From Roseobacter sp. (lineage in GTDB: Bacteria; Pseudomonadota; Alphaproteobacteria; Rhodobacterales; Rhodobacteraceae): a DNA stretch of 62,630 nucleotides. Both the position numbers and the translations under genes were made by a program. The notes under the pieces were generated by a model that made no database searches, was not told the DNA's origin, and was given only the letters and a program-made list of their open reading frames with translations. Positions 51,498 through 60,162 of the stretch are shown here, piece after piece (the first letter of the stretch is position 1; each line of letters starts with the position of its first letter). The stretch covers positions 1-62,630 of the forward strand of contig JAHBAM020000048.1 in the NCBI GenBank assembly GCA_018500125.2, read 5' to 3'.

Positions 51498-51609
51498 TCG
51501 AATTTCGCTGCGCGAAATCCGACCAAGGGAGAGGGGCCAGCCCCTCTCCACCTCTCAGGCCTTCGGCCTGTGAGGCTCCTCTCCCCGGGATATTTCTGGA
51601 AAGAAAAAG
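51498..51609 (+). repeat. Dispersed multi-hairpin intergenic element, copy E (longest)
   Basis: TCGAATTTCGC-TGC-GCGAAATCCGA, GGAGAGGGGC-CA-GCCCCTCTCC, CAGGCC-TTC-GGCCTG, CCCCGGGATATTTCTGGAAAGAAAAAG. Confidence 0.8.
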
Positions 51610-51611
51610 GG

Positions 51612-53864
51612 TTATTTGCGTTTGCGCTCGATCTTGCGTTTGGTTTTGTCGCCTTTGATCTTGGCGCGGTTCTGGGCGCGCCGGGTCGGCTTGGCGGGCT
51701 TACCCCGGCCTTTGTCAACTGCGCGGCCCTCGATCTCCAGAAGTTCGAGCACGATCCCGCCTGTGACCGGCGCGGCCTCCGAGAGCCTCACTTTGACCCG
51801 CAGGCCAAGATTGATTTCGCGGCGGGTTTCGGATCCGACCAGCACGGCGCGCTCGGCGTCATAGTTGAAATATTCCCGCCCCAGCTCGCGCATCGGCACG
51901 AGGCCGTCGGCACCGGTTTCATCGAGTTTCACAAAGACCCCGAAGCGCGCAATGCCGCTGACCTTGCCCTCAAAGGCCTCGCCCACCCGTTTGTTGAGAT
52001 AGGAGGCAAGGTAGCGGTCTGTGGTGTCGCGCTCCGCGAGCATGGAGCGGCGCTCGGTGGCGGAGATATGCTGCGCGGTTTCGCCCAGATCGGCCTCGTC
52101 CTCCGGGGTCAGCCCGTCCTCGCCCCAGCCGTGGCTTGAGACAAGCGCGCGGTGCACGATCAGGTCGGCATAGCGGCGGATCGGTGAGGTGAAATGGGAG
52201 TAGGCCTTCAGCGCAAGGCCGAAATGGCTGAAGTTTTCGGGCGAATAATAGGCCTGCGTCATCGAGCGCAATGTGCTCATATTGATCAGCTCGGCCTCGT
52301 CCATGCCCTCTGCCTGCTTCAGCAGGGTGTTGAGATGCCGCGTCTTGAGCACTTGCCCCTTGGCCAGCACCAGCCCCGAGGCCTGCGCCACCTCGCGCAG
52401 CGCATCGAGTTTCTCGGTGCTCGGCTCTTCATGCACACGGAACAGCTGCGCCGTTTTGCGCGCGATCAGCTCCTCGGCCGCGCAGACATTGGCCAGCACC
52501 ATGAACTCCTCGATCATCCGGTGCGCATCCAGCCGCTCGGCATAATCAACCGAGGCCACCTCGCCCGCCTCGGTGAGCACAATCTTGCGCTCGGGCAAAT
52601 CCAGCTCCAAGGGCTGGCGCACAGCCCGCGCCGCCCGCAGCGCCTCATAGGCCCGATAGAGGGGCGCAATCACATCGTCGATCAGCGGCGCACATTTCGC
52701 ATTGGGCGCGCCGTCTTGGGCGGCCTGAACCTCCTGATAGGTCAGCGAGGCCGGCGAAATCATCAAACCGCGCACAAAGCTGTGGCCGAGCTTCTCGCCC
52801 TGCGCGCTCACCTGCATCCGCACGGCAAGACAGGCGCGCGGCACCCCCTCGTGCAAGGAGCAGAGATCGCCCGACAGGCGATCGGGCAACATCGGCACAA
52901 CACGGTCGGGGAAATAGCTCGAATTGCCGCGCTTGCGCGCCTCGCGGTCAAGGACAGAGCCGGAGCGCACATAATGCGCCACATCGGCAATCGCGACCCA
53001 GATGATATGGCCGCCCTTGTTTTTGGGGTCCGTGTCGGCCTCGGCATAGCAGGCGTCATCGTGGTCGCGCGCATCCGGCGGGTCGATTGTCACAAGCGGC
53101 AAAGCGCGCAAATCCTCGCGCCCCTTAAGGCCCGCAGGCTTCATGGCCTCCGCCTCCGCAATCACAGCGTCAGGGAAACGATCGGGGATGCCATGCTGGT
53201 GAATCGCAATCAGGCTCACAGCCCGCGGCGCCGAAGGGTCGCCCAGCCGGTTGACGATCCGCGCCTTGGGCAGGCCCATCCGCGCCTTGGGGCCAATATA
53301 GGCGCCCTCCACAAGCTCGCCGTCCTTTGCCCCGTTCACAGAGCCGGCGTCCACGGTCCATTCTTTCTGCTCGCCCTTGTCGATCGGGACAATACGCCCC
53401 CCGTCCGAGCCGGCGCGGTAAATCCCGAGCACAAGCGTCGGCTTGGTTCCGATGCGGCGGATCAAACGGCCCTCATAGGCATAAGGCTCGCCCGTCACCT
53501 GCGTGAGCCGCGCAAGGATCTGGTCGCCCGTGCCCAGCGCCGGATCAGAGGCCTTGGTGATCATCAGGATCGCCGGCGCCGCGCCCGTGCCCTGCCACTC
53601 GAGCGGCTCCGCCATCACATCGCCGTCCGATGTCGGCTCGGCCACGCGCAATACCGACACAGGCGCAAGCCTGTCACTGTCGCGATAGGTCTTTTTGCGC
53701 CGCTTCAAATGGCCTTCGTCTTCAAGCTCTTTCATGATGCGCTTAAGATCAATCCGCCGCGCGCCTTTGATGCCAAAAGCCTTGGCAATGTCACGCTTTG
53801 CAGTCTGGGTCGGGTTCTCGGAAATCCATGTCAGGATTTCTTCTTTTGAAGGGAGCTTGTTCAT
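51612..53864 (-). CDS. rnr: Ribonuclease R
   Basis: TIDPPDARDHDDA, IEEFM.LAN, HFTSPIRRYADL, S1 domain, basic tail. Confidence 0.96.
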   Translation of the reverse strand: MNKLPSKEEILTWISENPTQTAKRDIAKAFGIKGARRIDLKRIMKELEDEGHLKRRKKTYRDSDRLAPVSVLRVAEPTSDGDVMAEPLEWQGTGAAPAILMITKASDPALGTGDQILARLTQVTGEPYAYEGRLIRRIGTKPTLVLGIYRAGSDGGRIVPIDKGEQKEWTVDAGSVNGAKDGELVEGAYIGPKARMGLPKARIVNRLGDPSAPRAVSLIAIHQHGIPDRFPDAVIAEAEAMKPAGLKGREDLRALPLVTIDPPDARDHDDACYAEADTDPKNKGGHIIWVAIADVAHYVRSGSVLDREARKRGNSSYFPDRVVPMLPDRLSGDLCSLHEGVPRACLAVRMQVSAQGEKLGHSFVRGLMISPASLTYQEVQAAQDGAPNAKCAPLIDDVIAPLYRAYEALRAARAVRQPLELDLPERKIVLTEAGEVASVDYAERLDAHRMIEEFMVLANVCAAEELIARKTAQLFRVHEEPSTEKLDALREVAQASGLVLAKGQVLKTRHLNTLLKQAEGMDEAELINMSTLRSMTQAYYSPENFSHFGLALKAYSHFTSPIRRYADLIVHRALVSSHGWGEDGLTPEDEADLGETAQHISATERRSMLAERDTTDRYLASYLNKRVGEAFEGKVSGIARFGVFVKLDETGADGLVPMRELGREYFNYDAERAVLVGSETRREINLGLRVKVRLSEAAPVTGGIVLELLEIEGRAVDKGRGKPAKPTRRAQNRAKIKGDKTKRKIERKRK

Positions 53865-53990
53865 AAGCCCCCCGCTATCATGCCCTTGTGAGGAAGGGAA
53901 TATTTACCTTCTCTTCATCTCTTTCTTAAGCCGGCGCACGGCGTGCGCTCCGTTAGTTAATTTTGTGTGAATAAAAATCGCCTTCGGGCG

Positions 53991-54019
53991 GTGCACGCAG
54001 TGTGCACGCACTGTGCACG
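53991..54019. repeat. Triple GTGCAC repeat with 11-bp period
   Basis: GTGCACG at 53991, 54002 and 54013 in the intergenic region upstream of rnr. Confidence 0.7.
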
Positions 54020-54077
54020 GAAATCACCCCCCCAGACTCAGCTGCGCCAAAACCCGTTAACCCTGAAAACCGCTGCG

Positions 54078-54659
54078 CTAAGGGTTTGGTAAGTCCTCTG
54101 CCCGGTCCACATCCGAAAGCTGCGCAACAAGCCCGTATCTTTGCCCCTGAAGGGTCGCAAGACTGTCTGACAGCGTTTGTGCACAAGACCAGCGCACCCC
54201 CTCAAAAAGCTGCGGCGGAAGGGGGCGCGTGCGGCGAAACCCGGTGAGCCAAAATCCCCCGTCCGTGGCCGGCCCAAAGACCGCCTCATGGCGCCCCAAG
54301 GCGGCAAACGCCTCGGCGATATGGTGCTTTTCCACACTTGGGATATCCCCGCCGATCAGACAGGCCCGCCCCTTGGGCAAAGCCTCAAACGCCGCGCGCA
54401 TCCGCCCCCCCAAGTCGCCCCGCCCTTGCGAAAGACGCGGCAAATGGGCGGGCCAGACCGCGCTGTGAAGCGCCGTATCGGGCGCGACACTCAGCCAGAT
54501 TTGCCAGCGCGGATCGTCAAGCCGCCGCAGCAAACGGCGCACAGAATGGCGAAACCACCACGCCGCCGCGACCCGGCCAATGTCACGCGCCAGCCGCGTC
54601 TTGACCCGCCCCGCCACGGGCTGTTTCACCATCACAATGAGATGCTGCCTAGCCTGCAA
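54078..54659 (-). CDS. DUF2064/TIGR04282 family nucleotidyltransferase/glycosyltransferase-like protein
   Basis: [38 protein letters not shown]. Confidence 0.85.
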   Translation of the reverse strand: MQARQHLIVMVKQPVAGRVKTRLARDIGRVAAAWWFRHSVRRLLRRLDDPRWQIWLSVAPDTALHSAVWPAHLPRLSQGRGDLGGRMRAAFEALPKGRACLIGGDIPSVEKHHIAEAFAALGRHEAVFGPATDGGFWLTGFRRTRPLPPQLFEGVRWSCAQTLSDSLATLQGQRYGLVAQLSDVDRAEDLPNP

Positions 54660-55800
54660 AATAGTCGCTCAAAATGCGCTTGTAGATCGCTTTCAGCTCG
54701 TGAATCTGCGCCACCTCTACGCGCTCATCCACTTGGTGCATGGTCTTGCCGACAAGGCCAAACTCCACAACAGGGCAGTGATCTTTCACAAAACGCGCAT
54801 CCGATGTGCCGCCTGTTGTGGACATCTCGGGCACGCGCCCTGTCACAGCCTCAACGCTTTTCGCCACCAAAGCCGAGAGCGCACCGGGCGGCGTTATAAA
54901 GCTCTCGCCCGAAATTTTCACTGTCATATCAATGCCTACGCCAAATTCTGCGCGGATCTTTGCGGCCTCTCCCTCCAGCCACTCGGTCAGCGATGCGCCG
55001 CTGTGGCTGTCATTAAAGCGGATGTTGACCGCCGCACGGCTCTGCGCGGGGATCACATTGGTCGCCGCGTTGCCCGTGTCGAGCGTCACAACCGCGAGGG
55101 TCGAAGCGTCAAAATGCTCGGTGCCGCGGTCAAGCTCGTGGCTGGCCAGACGGTCCATCAGCCGCACCATGGCACTGAGCGGGTTGTTGGCGCGGTGCGG
55201 ATAGGCCGAATGCCCCTGCACGCCGGTCACAGTGAACCAGGCTGTCATACTGCCGCGCCGGCCGATTTTCATCATCTCGCCCATCTCGCTCGGGCAGGTC
55301 GGCTCGCCCACAAGGCAGACATCCATGCGCTCGCCCGCCTTTGTCATATGCTCCAGAAGCGCGGTTGTGCCGTCTACCGCGTCGCCCTCTTCATCGCCGG
55401 TGATGGTGAGGATCACCGCGCCATCGGGCGGCGTGTCTTGCACAAATTCGATGGCCGCCGCCACAAAGGCCGCCACCCCCGATTTCATATCGGTCGCGCC
55501 ACGCCCCCAGATCATCCCGTCTTTTTCCACCGCGCCAAAGGGCGGCACGCTCCACGCCGCCTCATCGCCCACAGGCACAACATCGGTGTGGCCGTTAAAG
55601 CCAAAAGACTTCTGCGCGCCGCGCGCCCCCCAGCGGGCAAACAGATTGCTCACATCGCCGCGGTCCGCGCGGGCGCACTCAAAGCCGGCCTGCGCCAGCA
55701 GCCCTTCCAAAAGGCTGAGTGCGCCGCCCTCATCCGGCGTTACCGAAGCGCAGTGTATAAGAGATTTTGTCAGCTCTGCCGCGTCTACCTGAGAAGCCAT
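54649..55800 (-). CDS. dapE: Succinyl-diaminopimelate desuccinylase
   Basis: [46 protein letters not shown]; start moved to ATG 55800. Confidence 0.95.
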   Translation of the reverse strand: MASQVDAAELTKSLIHCASVTPDEGGALSLLEGLLAQAGFECARADRGDVSNLFARWGARGAQKSFGFNGHTDVVPVGDEAAWSVPPFGAVEKDGMIWGRGATDMKSGVAAFVAAAIEFVQDTPPDGAVILTITGDEEGDAVDGTTALLEHMTKAGERMDVCLVGEPTCPSEMGEMMKIGRRGSMTAWFTVTGVQGHSAYPHRANNPLSAMVRLMDRLASHELDRGTEHFDASTLAVVTLDTGNAATNVIPAQSRAAVNIRFNDSHSGASLTEWLEGEAAKIRAEFGVGIDMTVKISGESFITPPGALSALVAKSVEAVTGRVPEMSTTGGTSDARFVKDHCPVVEFGLVGKTMHQVDERVEVAQIHELKAIYKRILSDYFAG

Positions 55801-55940
55801 TTTTTCGCCTTTCGCCATTCCGGTGCACATCCCACTACATATCGTGGCTTTTGCACCGCCGCAAACAACAGACCGCCGCAAATTTGCCACGTTTGGGCTG
55901 TGATGCGGTCAAACTCTCTTAACAGGCCCGAAAATTTAGT

Positions 55941-55956
55941 GTTAACCTTTTGTTAA
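55941..55956 (-). promoter_or_regulatory. CtrA-binding consensus site
   Basis: Minus strand TTAA-CAAAAGG-TTAAC = TTAA-N7-TTAAC in the AT-rich divergent region between dapE and the Hint operon. Confidence 0.7.
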
Positions 55957-56087
55957 TAATAAACCAGAGGCAAAGCAGGTGCGCAGGACGGCTCCGTCCT
56001 GATCTCCCACAGAGCGAAAATCGCCAACGATATCTGTATCTTACAGATCCGCGCCGAACGCTTTGCCCTGAATGAGGCAGTAGTAGT

Positions 56088-57668
56088 ATGGTTGCGGCGT
56101 CCGAGTTGCCGATCAATACAAATGCGTCCGCCCTGCAAATGGCGCAGACGATTTTCGGAGACGGCGTCACCGTCTCCAACGCGTCCTATTCAGGCAGCGC
56201 CTATTCCTCCGGAATATACACAAACGGCGACACCATCGCCCCCGGCGTGACACCCGGCGACACCGGCGTGATCCTCTCCACAGGCCGCGCCAGCACCCTC
56301 ACAAACAGCAGCGGCCAATCCAATCAAAGCACCTATGCCACCACAAACACAGGCGGCGCAAACAACCTGCCCGACTTCAACGCCGCCGCCGGGGCGCGCA
56401 CCTATGATGCCGCCTATCTCGATGTTGATTTCGTGCCCACAGCCAGCGTCATGACCATACAATTTGTGTTTTCTTCCGAGGAATACCCGGAGTATGTGAA
56501 CTCGCTCTATCAGGATTTTATCGGCGTCTGGGTCAATGGCAGCCTCGTTGATGTCAGCGTCGGCGACGGCGATCTTGACCCCAGAAACCTCAGCGAAACC
56601 AACAACCAGAACCTCTATGTCGACAACACCGCAGACCAGTTCAACACCGAAATGGACGGCTTCACAATCACCATGACGCTGACCATGCCCGTCAATCCCG
56701 GTGTGACAAACTCTATCCGCATCGGGATCGCCGATGTGCTCGACAGCAACTATGATTCAAACCTTCTGATCGCCGCCAACAGCGTTCAGACCGTGCTTGT
56801 CGCCAATGTCGACAGCTATCACCTCTCCGAGCCAAACCAGGTCAAAACCATTGATATTCTGGGCAATGACATCCGCCCCGGCGGCGCAACCCTGACCATC
56901 ACCCATATCAATGACATCCCCGTCACAGTCGGCAGCACCCTCACCCTCAAGACAGGCCAGAGCGTCACGCTCAACGCCGATGGCACCTTCACAGTCACCG
57001 CAGACAGCACCGTCGAATCCGTCAATTTCAGCTACACGATCGACGACGGCACCAACACAGATGTCGGCTTTGTGATCCTTGACTCCGTGCCCTGCTTTGT
57101 GCGCGGCACAGCCATTCTCACAGAGCGCGGCGAAGTCGCCGTCGAGGCGTTGCGGTCCGGCGATATGGTTCTGACCCGCGACAATGGCGCCCAGCCCCTG
57201 CGCTGGATCGGCAGCCGCACCACCGCCGCCAAAGGCACGCACGCCCCCATCCGCATTCGCGCCGGAACTTTCGGGGCGCATCAAGAGCTGTGGGTGTCGC
57301 CCTTGCACCGCGTGCTCATTCGCGACTCTCTGGCCGAGCTTCTGTTTGGCGAATGCGAGGTGCTCGTCGCCGCCCGTGATCTTGTCAATGACACATCCGT
57401 CACAGTCGTCGAGGGCGGCAGTGTCGAGTATTTCCACCTGCTCTTTGATCAACATGAGGTGATTTATTCCCAAGGGCTTGCAACAGAAAGCTTCCTTCCC
57501 GGCCCACAGCTTGCCGACAGTTTCGAAGTCGAAATCGCCGCCGAGATCTATCAGCTTTTCCCCGAGATCAATCCGGAAACGGGGCTGGGCTACAGCCCTG
57601 CCGCGCGGCGCACCTTGAGGCCGTTTGAGGCCCAGTTGCTCTGCGCCCGTGATGCCAGAGTGGCCTGA
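56088..57668 (+). CDS. Choice-of-anchor-L-like + Ig-like + Hint (BIL/Hint_2) domain protein
   Basis: GVILSTG, FSSEEYPEY, DGFT, GIAD..D..YDS; ILGND...FSYTIDDG repeat; Hint domain from VPCF (Cys336) with VSPLHRV and YFHLLFDQHEVI...TESF. Confidence 0.88.
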   Translation: MVAASELPINTNASALQMAQTIFGDGVTVSNASYSGSAYSSGIYTNGDTIAPGVTPGDTGVILSTGRASTLTNSSGQSNQSTYATTNTGGANNLPDFNAAAGARTYDAAYLDVDFVPTASVMTIQFVFSSEEYPEYVNSLYQDFIGVWVNGSLVDVSVGDGDLDPRNLSETNNQNLYVDNTADQFNTEMDGFTITMTLTMPVNPGVTNSIRIGIADVLDSNYDSNLLIAANSVQTVLVANVDSYHLSEPNQVKTIDILGNDIRPGGATLTITHINDIPVTVGSTLTLKTGQSVTLNADGTFTVTADSTVESVNFSYTIDDGTNTDVGFVILDSVPCFVRGTAILTERGEVAVEALRSGDMVLTRDNGAQPLRWIGSRTTAAKGTHAPIRIRAGTFGAHQELWVSPLHRVLIRDSLAELLFGECEVLVAARDLVNDTSVTVVEGGSVEYFHLLFDQHEVIYSQGLATESFLPGPQLADSFEVEIAAEIYQLFPEINPETGLGYSPAARRTLRPFEAQLLCARDARVA

Positions 57669-57674
57669 GCGCAG

Positions 57675-58733
57675 ATGGCTTGGTTTGCCATATCAGACGC
57701 CGAACGCCAGCACTTCGCGCTGAGCCAGAGCCAAACCCAGAGCTTTCTGGCCCGTGGCAGCCTTGTTGTCGAAACCCGCCTCTCCAGCGACGCGCGCCCG
57801 CGAACGCTGCTGGCCTTTCACGAGCGTTTCCCATGGGAGCGCAGCCTCTCGCTGCAAGCCATCCCGGGCGGCGGCATTGTCCTGATCACAAGCCAGCAGG
57901 GCGAAAGCGCTCATGCCACGCTTGAGCTGGACGCTTGTGAGCGCTCCGATCTCTTGCGCATCACCTACAGCTGGGACTCGCCCGCCCGCTGGGGGCGTCT
58001 GGCCATAGAGCGGCCCGAGCGTGGCTCTGTGCGCTCGGTTCTGATGCCGCGTCCGCGCCCGCTCTGGCTGGAGGACATAAGGACCATGACGCTCTCGCAC
58101 AGCCTGACGACGCTGGACAGCGATGTTGCGTTTTTTGCCTTTTCCGACGAAATAGAGCCGCTCGGCCCGATGCCCAGCCTCACGGCAAGCGTCCCCCTTC
58201 TGACCCAGGACGCCTACCGCCCCGTCGCCCGCTTCCAGCGTGGCGATTTTGTCCAGACCGTCGAGCACGGGCCGGTCCCCGTGCTCGCCCATATCCGTCG
58301 CACCGTCCCCGCGCGCGGCAGTTTTCGCCCCGTGCGTCTGCGCGCGCCCTACTTCGGCTTGCAGCAGGATATCTTCGTCGCTCCCGACCAGAAACTGGTG
58401 CTCAGCAAGCCGATGGTGGATTATATGTTCGGCTGCGAGGCGGTTCTTGTGCCCGCCCGCCACCTCGTCAACGGAACCTCGGCCATCTGGCACGACCTTG
58501 CCCTGACAACCACCTATCATCAGCTCGTTCTGCCCGAACACGAAACCATGATCGCCGCGGGCGCCGCCGTTGAAAGCCTGTTTATCGGCCGTATGAGGCG
58601 CAAGCCCGAGGAGCACGCCCAAAGCCTTCTCGGCGCTCTGTCACGGGCGCATCTCCCCGAACATATGCTCTCGGCGCACCCCGTCTTGCGCCCCTTTGAA
58701 GCGATTACTCTGGTCGAACACTGCGCCGCCTAA
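57675..58733 (+). CDS. Hint-domain protein with degenerate catalytic residues
   Basis: PSLTASVPLLT..RPV...RGD.V.T, TYHQLVLPEHE...AVESL; 6 nt downstream of the previous gene. Confidence 0.8.
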   Translation: MAWFAISDAERQHFALSQSQTQSFLARGSLVVETRLSSDARPRTLLAFHERFPWERSLSLQAIPGGGIVLITSQQGESAHATLELDACERSDLLRITYSWDSPARWGRLAIERPERGSVRSVLMPRPRPLWLEDIRTMTLSHSLTTLDSDVAFFAFSDEIEPLGPMPSLTASVPLLTQDAYRPVARFQRGDFVQTVEHGPVPVLAHIRRTVPARGSFRPVRLRAPYFGLQQDIFVAPDQKLVLSKPMVDYMFGCEAVLVPARHLVNGTSAIWHDLALTTTYHQLVLPEHETMIAAGAAVESLFIGRMRRKPEEHAQSLLGALSRAHLPEHMLSAHPVLRPFEAITLVEHCAA

Positions 58734-59416
58734 ACGCCCAGATAGTCCTGCGTGATCTCATCGTCCAGATCGCTCATCGCGCCCTGCCAGACAGAGCGCC
58801 CGCGCTCAAGGATCACTGCGCTGTCACATATCCCGCGCAGCTCGCGCACCGACTTGTCAATCACCAGAATCGACAGCCCCGTTTCTGCCTTGAGCCGCGC
58901 AATCGCGGCCCAGATTTCCTGTCGAATGATCGGTGCCAGCCCCTCTGTTGCCTCGTCCAGAACAAGCAGCCGGGGATTGGTCATCAAGGCGCGCCCGATT
59001 GCAAGCATCTGCTGCTCGCCGCCCGAAAGCGAGGCGGCGCGCTGGTCTTTGCGCTCTGCAAGCCGCGGAAAAAGCGCCGCCACCCGAGACAGATCCCAAT
59101 GCCCCTTGCGCGCTGCGGCGCGCAGATTTTCCTCCACGGTCAGGGAGGCAAAACAGCGCCGCCCCTCCGGCACAAGCCCGATCCCGAGCCGCGCCGCGCG
59201 GTGGCTTGGCAGGCGCGCAAGATCGTGCCCGTCAAAGACAATCTGCCCCTCGGCCGGCATCATCCGACAGATACATTTTACGGTCGTGCTCTTGCCCATC
59301 CCGTTGCGCCCCATCAGCGCCAGAACCTCGCCCTCAGACAGCCTCAGCGAAACCCCGAACAGCGCCTGACTTGCGCCATAAGAGGCGCAGACATCAGAGA
59401 GCGTCAAAAAGCTCAT
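58730..59416 (-). CDS. livF: Branched-chain amino acid-type ABC ATPase
   Basis: GRNGMGKS, VPEGRR.F, LSGGEQQML, LDE.TEGLAP. Confidence 0.9.
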   Translation of the reverse strand: MSFLTLSDVCASYGASQALFGVSLRLSEGEVLALMGRNGMGKSTTVKCICRMMPAEGQIVFDGHDLARLPSHRAARLGIGLVPEGRRCFASLTVEENLRAAARKGHWDLSRVAALFPRLAERKDQRAASLSGGEQQMLAIGRALMTNPRLLVLDEATEGLAPIIRQEIWAAIARLKAETGLSILVIDKSVRELRGICDSAVILERGRSVWQGAMSDLDDEITQDYLGV

Positions 59417-60162
59417 GCCTGTTCCCCCAGATAGGCGTCGCGCACCTCCGGATTGGCCCGGATCTCGTCCACCGTGCCGGTCGCAATCACCTGCCCGTAA
59501 ACCAAAACACTGATCCGGTCGGCCAGCGCAAAAACCGCGTCCATATCATGCTCCACCAAAAGGATCGGTGCCTCCCGCTTCAGCTCAGAGAGAAACCCCG
59601 TCAACCGCTGGCTGCCCTCCGCGCCAAGCCCCGCCATCGGCTCGTCCATCAAGAAAGCCTTGGGGGCCAGCGTCAGCGCCACAGCCACCTCAAGCTGGCG
59701 GCGCTGCCCGTGGCTCAGCTCGGCTGTGCGCCTGTTGCGAAGCTCTTGCAAGCCGACCCGCGCCAGCGCCGAATCTGCCCGCGCCAGCAGCGCCTTGTCT
59801 TTCAATGCCGGCGCCCAGAACCGCCAGGGCCGCCCCCCCGCGCCCAGCGCCCCGAGGACGGCATTTTGCAAAACCGTATCCTCCATCGCCAAAGCCGAAA
59901 TCTGAAAGGTCCGCCCCAAGCCCGCCTTGGCGCGCGCCCGCGTGCTGAGCGCCGTGACATCCCGCCCCATCAGTTCTATACGCCCCGCATCCGGCGCAAG
60001 CGTGCCGCATATCTGCGCAATCAGCGTCGACTTCCCCGCCCCGTTCGGGCCGATAATGGCGTGGATTTCACCCGCCTTCAGCGTCAGCGAAATATCCTCG
60101 CTCGCCTTTAATGCGCCAAAAGACTTGCAGATCCCGTAGGCCGCCAGAACCGGTTCAGACAT
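59413..60162 (-). CDS. livG: Branched-chain amino acid-type ABC ATPase
   Basis: GPNGAGKS, RTFQ, LSHG, DEPMAG, VEHDM, V..AYLG; start at ATG 60162. Confidence 0.9.
   Translation of the reverse strand: MSEPVLAAYGICKSFGALKASEDISLTLKAGEIHAIIGPNGAGKSTLIAQICGTLAPDAGRIELMGRDVTALSTRARAKAGLGRTFQISALAMEDTVLQNAVLGALGAGGRPWRFWAPALKDKALLARADSALARVGLQELRNRRTAELSHGQRRQLEVAVALTLAPKAFLMDEPMAGLGAEGSQRLTGFLSELKREAPILLVEHDMDAVFALADRISVLVYGQVIATGTVDEIRANPEVRDAYLGEQA

Noticed and set aside
27668-51609. Repeats as a CRISPR array or plain intrinsic terminators
   Set aside because: They are dispersed, with no spacers or cas genes; hairpins are not followed by U-tracts and share a conserved non-paired tail
56088-57668. 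Call as a true intein or homing endonuclease element
   Set aside because: No endonuclease domain and no C-terminal His-Asn plus nucleophile; the ending is the Hint_2/BIL type
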